Assembly (NCBI GenBank): GCA_040954595.2
Contig: CM082576.2
Span: 8,435,129 to 8,499,128, forward strand
Direction of reading: 5' to 3'
Length of the DNA stretch: 64,000 nucleotides
Source of the DNA: Balanoglossus misakiensis
Lineage: Eukaryota > Animalia > Hemichordata
The number at the start of each line of letters is the position of its first letter. Position 1 is the first letter of the stretch. Below are positions 1-14,075 of this stretch, piece by piece. The notes beneath the pieces were generated by a model that ran no database searches, was not told the DNA's origin, and saw only the letters and a program-made list of their open reading frames with translations. Both the position numbers and the translations under genes were made by a program.

Positions 1-380
1 TCTTTGCAATCGCATGTGACCAAAAATAAAACCCAACGGGTCAATACAGTCGCCGAATAAAGGCCTCGCCGACAAAGCCTCAAACCTTCCTATTCGGCGG
101 CTAATGTTCTGTAAAATACTCGCTAGTCGGTTGTATTCCTTTCCTAAATGAGCTTAGTGACCCATTCTATGGATGGCTTTGTCACTCCACGGAGAAGTAG
201 ATAAACAGTTTTATCCATATTGTAAAGCCTCACGTTTTATATCGAAAATACACCGAGCGACACAACACCGGGCTCCACTGAAAAGTCTGTGTCTTATGTA
301 GGCGAAAGGTCTTTTACTTTGATATTTTAAGCTTGCAGAGGGGAAGGCATTTTAGTTTAACATGATTCAATAATATTACG

Positions 381-513
381 TACATACATACATACATACA
401 TACATACATACATACATACATACATACATACATACATACATACATACATACATACATACATACATACATACATACATACATACATACATACATACATACA
501 TACATACATACAT

Positions 514-548
<35 letters not shown>
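381..548. repeat. Compound tetranucleotide microsatellite (TACA)34(GACA)8
   Basis: Direct reading; degenerate GACA/GA tail continues to ~595. Confidence 0.98.
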
Positions 549-2784
549 TACTGACATACAGACATCACAGACAGGCAGAGAGTGAGAGACAGAGAAAGCG
601 TTAACTGTAGGCGTCTGTATAGAAGGGCCATACCCGTGCAAAATTAATTTTAATAATATGCTTAAAGCGTCGTTTCATAACATAATGATTTCATCAAGCT
701 CACAAACTTTGGGGTTTCCCCAAATCAATTGCAACGCACTGGGTCACAGTAAGGTCGCCGATTGTGCCCCAGGTCACCATTTGCAAGCTAGAATTTTTCT
801 CAACTTTCAAAGTGTAGGAAAAGTTGTGTGGTTTCTCCCATCTCCGTCAGATATCCAAATTAGCGCTAATGCGTTTGCCGGCTAGAATGCGTATAAACGT
901 TCGCCGTGACGAAATGTCCTAATTTTTGACAGTCGAGCTTCGCCTCCTGTCCCTTGCCTAACCCCCGCGAGATACGCCATATACCCTCCTCCACCAACTC
1001 CACCCACCCACCCAGTATGTGGGGCTCAACCGCATGAGGTGGGGGGATACCCATCGCATTGTTTAATTGACACGATTTCTTGAAATCTTTTCAGAAGTTC
1101 AGACTGCCCTTTTTTAACTTGAAGGGGGCGCCAATCCTAACAAGACGAGATAACTTGGTGTGATATTTCACATCTCAAGCATGAACCCACCCAATCCCCA
1201 GCCGCGAAAAAGTACATGATGAAACCCACAGCGTCTTGGCAGGTGTACAATTTTGCATTTTCCATACGAAGGGTGCCGCGGATTTCCACAAGGTCTTCCT
1301 CGACAAATGTCCCAAGCAGTTAAGCTCTCCCCAAGGAGAAACTTCTGCCAAGAAGAAAAAAAATGTTTTCTTTCCGGGGGCTGGGTTGAGTGCTCATATT
1401 TATCAATGGTCGTAATAGTTGTCTATGGAAAGACCCTCGCGACAAAGAATGGACATTTGGTGACATTAAAGGCTTTGAACGCCGAGGGTATGAACAAGTT
1501 CAAGCCTTCGTGCAGCTGGTGCCGACACTTTACAAGACGAAAAAACCCCCACACAGAAATGAGTTCATAATGAGAAATTAAACAAATCGCATTTCAAGAC
1601 GACAATCGTCGAAATAAGAGTATCTTAAATTTTGCGCTGACTGCATGCGTAAAACGGAAAAGACATATTGAATCGATGAAGACGGTTTTGTTGTCAATGG
1701 GCTCAGTCACATCCCGCTAAAATTATAAATGTTTGTTTTTCGTTATGAGATTTATTTGCCCCCTAAGTACTCATTTTGCGACTATAATGCTTTATTTTGC
1801 TGGCAATTTTTGTTTCAATTGTGGAGTTTGAGAAAACTGACGTTAATCTGTTTGAGCAAGATTCATCTGTTGACACGGAGCCAACCACTACAGGGGAACT
1901 GAATGAAACCTCTCCAGCCAGAGATTAAACACCATCATCTGTTAAACAATAGCGTATCAAATGAAGCTAAGTGCGACATTTTTGCTCGGAAGGAAGGAGA
2001 AATATGGAATTTGAGCCAGGGGAAAGTATGATTGACGGGAGCTGGATGAATCCGAAAGGTTGCGTTTGAGATTAGTATGTGTGACATTTTGAAGGGGAAT
2101 GATAATTCGCCGCTGCAATTGACACGTCCCCCCCCCGATAAGCCATGATCCATCGGTTCTGGCTACGCATAGTTGAGTCTTCAATGTCATTATGTAGAAT
2201 TATGAATCGTAGAAAATTCCACCCACAGAGCTGAAGTGAGAAGAAAAAGAGCTGATAAAAGTTCCGTATTAAACTATCCTTGCATTGACATCTTAGAACT
2301 ACAGTGTCTTTAAAACGGCTACTATAGCTGGCCCGTTGCTATAAAGCAGCAATGACGACGGAGCAAACAGCCAGAATCCCACACTTTTTACGGTATACTT
2401 GAGTAATTTTTTCCGGCTCTCTAATTCCAGGAAAGGAAGCGTTTGTGGCCGGGGTGCGAGGCGCGGATACTGTTACATTTTAATGCACTTTTGATTGGCG
2501 TTTCCTGTGTGGTGTCACCGCTGAATGGCCATCCGTTTGCCGAGCAATATTGCCCATTTTGAAGGCTTTATCAAGTTGAAGAGCATTAAAGAAATGTGTC
2601 AACACTTTTTGTAATAAAAAATAAATAAAAGCAAGCCAATTTGTTTTTGTTTTCTTATCTTCTGCTAAAGGGGAAAATGACTTGACATCATTGTCTGGTA
2701 AAATATAAATGAGGAGTGCAAAGTAGCTTTGAATGAAGAGATTGTTAAAAGTGCCTGAACTCTGTCTCTGTCATATATGAAGGC

Positions 2785-2900
2785 AGTACTGTACTGTACT
2801 GTACTGTACTGTATTGTACGATATGATACGACACGGCATGACACTACACGTCATGACACGACACGACACAACGTGGTATGACGTGACATGATATGATATG
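2785..2900. repeat. Degenerate pentanucleotide tandem array (GTACT)n then GACAC/GATAC/GACAT/GATAT units
   Basis: 5-bp periodicity visible by eye. Confidence 0.85.
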
Positions 2901-4260
2901 GAAAAATCGACTTAGGAATTTTCTTACCAAACAACTTATCGCGATATACCATCCATCATTTTCGAGTATTGGAAAAAACAATTGAAACCCCAAATCTATG
3001 ACTATGTCAAGCCACTTCAATCAAAAAACGAGGACTACTATAAAACAATCTTATGCAAAGTTTAAACTGTATCGCTCCCGTGGACACTGTATACGTCTTC
3101 TTCTAACGAGCATCTGTTTGTTTTGGATATGACTCGGGCGTTGAAACCAGGCGACAATCTGTGTGAACGTAACTGATGACATTAAGTACACTGTATCGTG
3201 GGGCCCGTCGATCCTAACAGGAAACCGTAATCACGGCCGTCACCGACCGACGCTTTCGGTCTTCCCTTCCAATTCGAAAAAAAAATGAATTACTCAATTA
3301 GGTCATCAAGTTCTGATGAAAAATAATCCCATTTTGTATAGTTTGTGTGGTTTTCTTACGGAGTTTACCCGTAAAATTATGACCAAACGGGTCTTTCACG
3401 GCAATCACGCCGCCGGGCAGACAAGCTCACCGACGCTGATAACTCTGGGGCTTCCCCGGGAACATTTATCTTCACAAGAAGTCCAGAAAAAAATTATTAA
3501 TTCCGAGAAATAGGAGTATTTCCTTAATTAGAAATGACATCGAGCTGGGCGATGGTGAATTACGGCGAGTAAGTTTTTTTTTCTTTATGAAAATTGAGGA
3601 TGACAGAATGGGTTGGAAAATGCAAGTATATATCACTCGAATGGTTAAACAGTGTTAAGGTTTCCCCATTTAGGACTCGTATGTCGTCGAAAAGCTTCAA
3701 ACCCGAGGTCCCTATATCGTCGACCTCTTTGGGGAAGAAACGTCATCGTGTATGCCCACTGAACGATCGCGGTATTCTTTTTTCAGTTAAAACTCCCCCG
3801 ACATAGACCACCATCTGAATATTAAATGCTTTGTTCAGAAATACGGTACATACACGCTGATTACACGGAATATATCTCTCGGGGGACCCCTAACTTCTTG
3901 TAATCATCCATTTCATTTTCTGTGACGCGTTTGTTTTCAGAATGCTGAGCCGACAGGCGGGTAGACATCGCGACAGACAGCAAGACAGGGACAAGAATGG
4001 AGTGTAGAGAGGCAATGTCAGACTGAGCAGAGAGACAGACAGACAAACAGTCAGACACACATAGGCACACACAGAAAGATAGGTATAATAACGGATTCAT
4101 TTCAAGAGACACATGAAATGAACAGAGTAGCCAGACAATGATTAAATATAGTCTTACGTTGCTGTCAAAAGAAAAAGCAACAAGAAAAAGAATTTGGAAA
4201 AACAAATTTTCTGGACGAGTTTGGCAGTAGAAGCAACGTTATCACGCGACGATAGAAGAA

Positions 4261-4381
4261 TCTCTCTCTCTCTCTCTTCTCTCTCCCCCCCCTCTCTCTC
4301 TGTCTCTCTCCTCTCCCCCCCCTCTCTCTCTTCTCTCTCTGTCTCTCTCCCCCCTCTCTCTGTGTCTGTCTCTCCGTCCCT
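4261..4381. repeat. CT-rich polypyrimidine low-complexity repeat
   Basis: (TC)n with C-runs. Confidence 0.9.
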
Positions 4382-5252
4382 CTAAAAGAGACGCCCGGCG
4401 GTGGCGCTGTAGCCAATATAAACGAGGACCTTCAGAGAGCTAAGATTCGCGTCGAGAGCAGAACCGACGAGCTGCCGTCGATTGTGTCGTACATATCTAT
4501 AGCGATCTGTGATCTACGGCGCAGCATTCTCCCTTGTAATCGAAAAATTCATACGTCTTGCATAAGCCATAATAAATATATACATGTATACACAGACTAT
4601 CTTGGAGGAGTCTGCCACGATTTGAATTTTATTCGGGTTCTATGTTCTTTGCAGATTATTCATGGCATGCCATAACGTTAATACGCGGTGCCCATCACTG
4701 TACGCGTATAATGGAATAGTGATGGCACCTTTTCACAGTGCCATTCATGAGATTTTTGTCATAAAAGGAGCTTATCCTACTTTATTGCTGGGCCAGGCTT
4801 ACTTAGAATAATGTTATACAGTAGTTAGGAAAAAAAATCACATGATGATAATAGATAAATTCCACATTTTGCTGGTGAGGGATTCGTTTGTCTGCTGGTC
4901 CTGGTTACAATAGGAGGGGTGACGCAGGGTTGGTGGCCTCGACTTTCTCTCTGCTTTTGATATAAGAATAAAGAGAGGTGCCAATTGAAAAATGGGGGAA
5001 GTAACAATAGGGGGATCTCGTCTGCCTGCAATCCTGACGGGTTTTACGCGCGACGCTACAAAACGTTATAGTATGACACACAAAGAAAGGAAGAAAGAAT
5101 GGAGGCATTGAACGCGACCCTAAATTCACGATGAGAGAAAAAAATTGACAGGGCACGTGAGGATAACCATTGACGGAAGAGAAAAGAGTCAATGCAATGA
5201 TGACCCATGAACTCAAATTCTACCTACTGTACGACTAATTGGTGAAAATCGC

Positions 5253-5263
5253 CATCATCATCG

Positions 5264-5315
<52 letters not shown>
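5253..5315. repeat. (CAT)21 trinucleotide microsatellite with one CGT interruption
   Basis: Direct reading. Confidence 0.97.
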
Positions 5316-8300
5316 ATATATATTCGCATAACACCTTGCTTACAGATTTTAGGTGCATAGATAATCGAGATGTTACAACGTGGACCTCTATCACGTGACA
5401 AATCCCCAAAATCATTGTCACCTTCATGTCAAGTTATAGAAACCCCAATCCAATAATCCGTGAGTAGGGTGAGTGTTTTCGATTCTGGGGAGGAGTTGAC
5501 AGACTTTTTATCGAGCGGTACACAGAAATTGTCGTCAAGCAGCAATTTCCGTGAAGAGGTTTGTAGAAGTTATCGACAACAGAAATTTATTTTGCCGGTT
5601 AACCCGCACGCGTCAATTATCCGAAAGTAGGGTGCGCACTGTTGATTCATAGGGTTCGACGGAATTTTACTCCCACCACAGAAAGACTATGCGCCTTGAG
5701 AAGGCGTACCTATAAATATGAAATTTTTGCGAGATTTACGCTTTGCCTATTGGACCAGCCGCGCCGATTTGTTGGATAATATTATAATCGTTCGGGCCAT
5801 TACAGTGAGAGAAAAAATCGATGCTCGCCAATACACCTTTTCTGTGATGTCGCCGAAAACGCCAATTTATTTCGCTGCATTTGAAACTAATCGACTCCAT
5901 ATTGACATCAACGGCATCCGTTTTCTTTGGTTGTCGGAGTCGTCTGCGATAGCCGACTGCTTTTGTTTTAGCGACAGACAATTTCTCATAATTGGTATCG
6001 ATCAGTGGCACACTCCAGCTTATCACAATGGTTTTTACACTGTTGAATTTTTGGGCGAAGGGTTGCCCCAAGTCCGTTTAACCGACTCGATGCCTTCTTG
6101 GCTTTTTTGGTCATTGCAAACCGCAATGGCGTTTACCCCCACCCCCCCACTCTCACTTGTTATAAACTTACAATGACGGACCGCATTTAAAACACTGTAT
6201 TCATAGAAATAGGAAATTTTGATTTCAAATAAAAGGTTAACATGGCCAGGGTCTTTGCGACGGTGTGTTTATTTAGAAAATAATGAATCGACTTGCTCTT
6301 TTTGTGGAATCAATGTTTTGACAATTGAAGATTTAATTACTGTTTTTACATCATGGGTTGTTTTCAATTTTTTTTTCCATTCGTTTCTTACACCGTTCCC
6401 CGGGGTCGCGAAGAAATGAGTTCGGGCACATTTGGTCTACTAAGGCATTATTTGATATTCAGAAGTAAAATTGGTATATCCAGAGGAAGTTAAAATGCAG
6501 GGACAGAATATTACAGAGGTCGACCAATCGGAAACATTCGCGCTGCTCTCAAGGGGGCGCTATTTTAGACTCAAGGAGGAAAACTCGGCGAGGATTCCAC
6601 ACAATGGGTGTCATCACAAAATGACATCATCATCCCCGAAAGAAACAAAAAAAAGAAAGAAACAAAATAACGGAAGAAGAAGCGTTCGTTTTCGCGAGTT
6701 GACCTTTCTGGGTCGATGTGAAGCGAAACCTTCAAAATCTCGCCTCGATCGCCGTCACGTAATGAATGTGTAATGAAATAAGAATTTCAATGAAATCGTT
6801 ACAATTATCGTAGATAATCATACAGTCCAATTAACCGACTCAGGTTTTTAATTAAACAGATACTCTTTAACTAACTTGCGTAACTATGAATTTCGATCGA
6901 GCTCGCGTGTGATGCGTTGGGCTCGGTGTACAACGTTATTGTCAAACCGAGGGGCAATGCATACATACGCATTCAAATATAGACTAATGAGCAATTTACT
7001 CAAAGAAAAGTCCAACAATGCGCTTAATCTACAAGTACGTTTGTTAGAAAACGGCGATAAATATGGTCTAATCGTGCCAGTATTTAGTTCACCGGGAAAG
7101 GCATTATTTTTAAGATGAAAGAAAAACAAGTTCCGAAAACAATCGGTGGAGAAAATCGATTTCTTCGGCTATTTAAAACAAATCAGTGAAATAATTTTTT
7201 TTTAATTTCGTCGTTTGCCCGGCGGCTATATCGCTTTCACTGACTACAATCCCCGTCGTGTGAATGAATTTGCAATTAGTCGCAATTGACTGGTTCTCTG
7301 GGAAAATATGTATCAAACGTGACTTTATGCGGCGATCACCGATTAAAAGTAAATATGATTAGCAAAATACCGCATTGTTTACATTGCGTTGAATAATTGC
7401 GATCATCTCTATTCAGATGGCCGCGCAGTTTAAAGGAAACACCGGTACCCTCGCTGGCAAAGCCCCCAATAATCAATAAATCTCTTAAGAATGAGCATGT
7501 TGAGTATTTAAGGATTTCTTAAGTTTTTTTTCTCTGGTCTTGATTACTGGTGATAAAACATTACCGTAATGAACTTTCTGATGGTTTTGACACGTGACGC
7601 CAGGAAAAGGGGCGCCACCTGTAGTCTGTCGACGCGTGAGCGTTCGCATTCTTTGTTCATTGAAAAAACTCCTGTCTCGGGGGACACTAGCTGTATCTTT
7701 TGGCTATATTTTTAGTATTTTAGTTCTGTGTACCAAATGCAATTTTTGTTATTCTCCAAACAACTAATATGCCCAGTACTCCGCTTGTCAACATAGCTAG
7801 TGAGCGTGTAAGAGGGGGTCACGTTAACAAACTTGGCAAAGTCAGAAAAAAACCCACTCCAGTCAAATAAAATCGCGTCGACCGGTCCCTAATGTGTCAC
7901 GATAATAACACCATCCTCTCATTAAATAACTTCATCAATTGATGAGTTTCAAAGTACAGAGCATACATGTATCGTTATCGGTCGTTTCATCGTGGGCGTG
8001 TATCTTCTGCTTTGGCCAGTGGAAATTGTGTCTCTATCCAATGTCAGCTGTGCTGTGGTGACACTACGAATGCAAGACATACTGGGCCTACATCGCCTGC
8101 TCCACTAGTGCCTTCAGGCACGTGTGGCCTGCGCGCGCATGCTCAAGCTAAGTGGTGTCTGTGCTCCAATGGAAATCTTTACAAATGAAATCTAACAAGA
8201 GAAAGTTAAACTTCAATGTGTCGACGAAGAAAGTTGTGGCTTGGGTGGGGGGGGGGGGTTAAATCGAAACTAAATCCTTCCTTGGAGAGCTGGAGAAGAT

Positions 8301-11300
8301 TCTGAGGAATTTCATCACCTGACAAAAATGCAGGCTTTCAGTAGATTCCACGATGTACCCGACGAACAGACATAAAAACAAAGGCATGCCTTACAAAGAA
8401 CGGAAAACTTTGGGGGCGCCATTGTGTGCCTTGCGCTCGTGGAAGATTTTCTGGTTTAAATAACAGGCTGTGCTGACAACTTGACCAATTCCGTTTTCTA
8501 AATGGTCAACACCGTATGGGCTCCTTTGTAAGGCATGTTAGTGAAAATTCAATTATTTTAACACTAACCGTATCGGATTGCTTCAACCTGACAACCATGA
8601 CGTTAGCTTCGGCCTTCTCGCTCCATATTCTGAGCCCTCTCGATAACGGTGCGACCTGTGATATAAACTAAGCTGTCTCTCGAAAAGCATGCTGTCCACC
8701 ATCTTCTGCACACTAGCTTCCATCTCGCCAAACGGCCAGCAAAATCTTCACCTTGTCTTCCGGCCAGTTGTTTTTGCGTGCGCATGCTGTGTTTACGTCC
8801 ATCAACGTTGACTTGACCAGCTGACCAAAGGTAATAGGTTACCTTACAAACATGCCCAAAGGTCGCCGCAGGTTGGCGCTTTTGAACGGTGTTAGTTTAT
8901 ATTTGCGTCCGACGTCCGTCGAAGTCGTATCTGAGACATTACTACATCGTTGCTACACCGTTAAAACGTTACAGTGAGATCAAAAATAAACGTTATGAAT
9001 CACACCCTATATTTAGAAGACGGCTAAGTTGTCAAACTTTTAAAATGTTTATCAAAGTATGAAAGAATTATAAAACAAGCATGCAGTATTTGCAATTTAC
9101 TGTCATACATCCGTCGGTGATAAAAATGGCTGTTTCTTAGAAAAGTGCAAATCTTGACATATACTTGGAGAGCATTTGAAAGTTGAGTCTAAAAATGAAA
9201 TTGATTAAATGGCGGTTGTGTTGTGCCGCTTGTGCGTGGAGATGTGTGTCCACATTTCGGAAATTTCGAAAGATCGAATTTCGGAAACATCAAGTAGACC
9301 GTTAGAGGGCGAACTCCATAGGATAAAATTCTGTCCCGTTACGTTTTTTATGGCGGAATCTTATCGGGTTCTAAATGCGCTAATATTCCGTATTTCACAC
9401 ACAATGTATGTTTCTTGGCGGAAGACAACGAATGGTTGATTCAAAAATCAAATTCACCAATGGGGTTTTCCATCGTTTAGATAGACGGATATGTCACAGG
9501 TATTTGTTGCCACTGATCACCCCCCCCCCTCAAAAAAAAAAATATATATATATATAAATATTTATATGACCAAATTTATATGACCATTTTCATGCCATGC
9601 CATGTCATAATAGTGGAAACGATCCGCATGCTGCAGGCAATAAAAATATATTATTTATTTCAGCTGTCATAAATTCGCCGAAGCGGTTTTTCGAGGTCGT
9701 GCGCCAAACTGATCAGACTAGTTGGCCCTAAATCCATTCGATTCATTATAAATTTCTTTTTCGGTCGTTTTGTGGAAGGGGGGAGTGAAAACTATATACA
9801 TGGGATTGTATATATGTGTGTGTGTGTTCATGTAATTTAAACAAGCCCCGAATTTTGACACAGGACGCTGGATGGCGCTAGACATTATAGTATAACGCAT
9901 GCCTGTCGGTAGCTGGCGCTGGTTCTCCTCCTTCCTTCCAGCAGAAATCGTTTGTGGGGCAGCGTTACAGTTTTGGCCCCGTTTCTGCTCTCGTCGTCGC
10001 AGCCTTTCGATGGGAGCCACACACCGCCGGAATCGCATTTGTCACGGGGGAAAGCGTCCGCAACTGTGGCACTGATTTGAATAATTGCTCTGACCACTGT
10101 GCGTGTAAAAGATGTTTTCATGAAAATCTCTACTTTGAATGCAGACAAAGGGCGGCCTAGGCACCGGCTGGGGGAGCAGGACAACAGCTGTAACGGTCAA
10201 CATAATTGGCGATGGGAGAAATCCCCGCGATTTGCTAACCTTTAAAGCACCAAGAGGTCTGGAATTACGGCAGAGTCACCGTTCTAAGTGGATTTCGAAA
10301 ATTGTTGAATATAATAAAATTTGTTAGGTTGCGACGGTAACCAAGAGAGCCTTATCCACCCTGTCCTATCGACATCCCCTATATTGTTACATTTACCTGC
10401 GATAAAGATGTTTAATTTGTTTACTCATTGTTAGCATTAAGCAGAGATATTTCACTTTATTTGGTGTTTATTTTATTTTATGTTCGCAGCAGTCGCACGA
10501 GAAATAAAAACAACGTTAAATGCATCATTTAGGACACTCTGTCACAGAGTCTGAGGAGCATACCGACTGGTTTACAACCGCGAAAATCTTCATTTAAAAA
10601 TAGTACACGTGAACAATGTGGTGATTGTGATGATAATAACAGGTACTATAACCACCCTTTGGGATTTCCAAGAGTGATAATACTCCAAAATGTGTCTGAG
10701 CATGGAATAATGAAATAACCATAGCTTATGAAGATCATATGTCTCTCTATAGGAAAACAAGTCAATGCCAACGAACTGTGCTGGTGAAGTTCGCTCCGGA
10801 GAAACCGGCAGGGTGTGTTCTTCTGTTTCGCTATTTTCATCCACAGCCGATCCGATGAACATTATTACACGATTTTTTAGGTGAAACAAGAATAAAACGT
10901 GGACGTGGGAAATATATATGCCGTGGTCCGGTAAAATAGTGCAGGGTGGCGAGCGGGATCGAAATGTTAAATGAAAACTATGGCATGATTTTTTATGTGA
11001 TAAATGTGATAATTTCTATCTTTCCTGATTTTTTGGTTGATTGTTGTTGTTGTTGTTGTTTTGTTTTTGTTTAAGTTTGCAATTAAATAATGTAATTTAA
11101 AATGTTTTGCCGTGTACATTTCGTATAGCGAGGCGTATCTACGAACGAGATCAAACCGGGTCAAACGGCTGTGTTCAGTGTTTCTGGCGCACAAAACAAG
11201 AGTGACCCAGGTTCGGTTCGGTATGTGGGGATTACTACATATATACTGTTAGCAGTTAACCTCAACCAGATGATGGGGCTTAAGAATGTACAGAATTAAT

Positions 11301-14069
11301 TTTTAATACCGAGGAGTTTGCCAGATACCCACATAATCGAAGCCACGGGCCATTCTACCGTCAACCAGAAAGATAAAAACACGAATCGCCAGGTTATTAT
11401 TTTTTGCGCTTTTCACGTACTGTAGTCGTATATCAGCGCAGTGACGGGACTTCAAATTGTAAACGAAAACATGCCGCGCTAACGAGGCGGCCTCCCTTCG
11501 AAAATGAAATATAGGCAGGGGACTGCGATATTTCATGTAGCGAACCGAACAAATACTAACATGCGTCGGTTATGAACATCAATCAGCCGTAAATTAGACT
11601 CAAATCGATAAATAATTTCTAGGTGTGGTTAAGTCAAAACGAGGCTCGTGAGCGATGAAAGCTCGTCGGGATATTTCTCGTTTTTGTGTGTGTGTTATTT
11701 TCCTCGTTTTTCCTTCGGATCTCTGCATTTTAAGGTCACATGCCACGTTCTGTGCGTACGTAACGAATTGGACAGGGGCAGATACTAATGGGGTGACGGG
11801 GTCCATCATTTGCCGCGCGCCCGGAAGCAGACTACATGTATAGTACATGTACTAACAATTTGAGAGCAGTGCAAGGGGCGAATTTTCGAGTGAAGTTCGC
11901 GATTAGATGGGTTTTAAAGTACGTTAATGAAATCATGAACTTTAAATCCTGTTTGTATTGACTTTATTTCATTTCATTTACAAATATTCCGTGGTATAAG
12001 ATAAACTGATTAATTCTCCACAGTTTTGAGTATTGTTTTCTTGGTTAAAAAAAGAAGTCAGATATCCGAAATGTAATAACATTTTAAATTCTATAATCCG
12101 TTCAACTGGTAACATACGAGCCACATATACACAAAGTAAGTTGATATATTACAATTACATCGGCCAGGGGTCGATTTTTTTCTCCCTCTCTCTCTCCCAC
12201 ACTAATTCAGCTCACGACAAACCGGCTGACGACAGATTAAAACAATTCTTTTATCAACACTACAATGCGCAGAACACGCAGTGCGCAAGATGTGTAATGT
12301 ACGACATCTGACGCCCTACGCAGATTAACTGCGAATGAATACATGACGAAAGTCAGTAAAAACAAGATTAAAATTTTCATCACTGAAACTAGAAATCAGA
12401 ATTTCCCCTCTTGCTCTGATATGCACCGATCTGTCCGGCGAACTTCGGGGAAGGCCGTCGCGCGCCAGAAAGTTCCCGGCCATTGCACCGTTGTTCATTT
12501 TGTCTCCGGATGAGAGAACTACGTGGCGTGGATCGCTGCCCGCGATATCAATAAATCACCGCAATTGGGCAGTGTTTCGTTGTTCGGTCACATACACGTC
12601 GTTGATTTGAGTCATGGCATCGCGCAAGTGGATGACTTAAATCCCATTACATGTACCATAATACTGAAAAGGTAGTTTGACTTTATAGCCGATTACGAGA
12701 CGCCGGCCCGGGTCTCCGTTCTGTACATACCACGCCAGGAACGACTCGGTTTTTTAAAAAAATGGACCGGCGCAATTTTGGTGCCGGGAAAACTTTACGA
12801 ATATTTTTTTCTCTCTCACCAAAGTTGGGTTAAACTTAGAGGTCAGGATAAAAACGATATTCATTACCAAAATAATGGAGTGTATCCGCCCTGTAGAACG
12901 TGACTATAGAGATCAAAGCAAAATCTCAGCAGGGGACTGAGACTCTGGGCCGGAGCTTCAGGACAGTTTTAGCTCCCCATATTCGCAAAGAGAAGGTTTT
13001 CGGGGCTCGTGCTTGGGCGTTGTTGGCATTCGTCCATTAAAAAAAAAAAACATTATATTTTTGGCAAGGATGGACGTTCTCTTTCGCTTGACTGAAAATA
13101 CCCTGTGGTCTAATACCATTTAGTGGCCGCTTGGAATATAAAAGACGGAAGCATGAACGTGTTGCCTCGCGAACGAATGCTTCCTTTTCGCCGTCCGACA
13201 AAATTTACAATATCGGAGAGTTAGCCTCGGGTGGTTTTCACCTGTGGCAGACAGGGCTCGTGATAGGTCGACCTGTCCAGCTATCGTGGCGAAGTAGGGA
13301 AACAGCTGTATTCGGTGACGTCATCACAACTGGTGTGCTCAGTACACTCCACAGGATCGGTCGTCACGTCTGCCGTGTTCCAACACGAAGCTCTCTTGTG
13401 CCATCATAATTGGCTGGCAGTTTAAAAGACTTGTAAAAGACAAAAAATGTTGTGACGGAATCGCAAGCAACAGGTAGACTAGGGGAAAATTCAACGTATG
13501 TCCGACGACATGAATCAGCCCACGTGATTTACAGGGACACGAATTTAATTGGGCCTGGTCATTCGCGGAGAGAATATGCGGAGACCATTTGACCCTCAAA
13601 TTCAGACAGAACAACAACAGCTTTTCCTAGTTTTGAAAAGAATCCACGAAAATAAAATAGAAAATAGACATTAATAGCGTAATAGCGTGTTTATTTGCGC
13701 AGCTACTAAACATAGATTGCCAGCTCTAAATTGTCTCACTCCACCATACGATGACGTCATACTTTTTTGCTGACGTGAACCGAGAGTGGTCTTATTTGCC
13801 TTACCCATTCTCCTACTCAAAACATGTCCCATTTTCTTTCCCGCTCAATAAAAGACCGCCACTTTTTTCCGATAACCTACGTGCAAGCGTAACCGATGTG
13901 TGGATAAGTTCTAGTTCAAAATTATCATTTTTATGCGAAATCCCTGCCCCGCGGGCACGCTGAATAATCCCTCTTTAAGAGACCCATTTATCGATCACAC
14001 CACTCCATTCAAAAGCACAATCATACTGTAATTAAAAACGGAGAAAAATTGATTTTACTTTAAATATAT

Positions 14070-14075
14070 TTTATT
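14070..14075 (-). terminator. Distal polyadenylation signal AATAAA
   Basis: tttatt on + strand. Downstream on the mRNA strand lies aatttttctccgtttttaattacagtatgattgtgcttttg (U/GU-rich). Confidence 0.6.

Noticed and set aside
314-641. ORFs with CMYV repeats
   Set aside because: Translations of the (TACA)n/(GACA)n microsatellite
5224-5427. ORF with poly-Asp
   Set aside because: Product of the (CAT)n repeat; no other coding signal
5718-6176. 152-aa ATG ORF
   Set aside because: No recognisable domain or splice context; the TATAAAT abuts the ATG, too close to be its promoter
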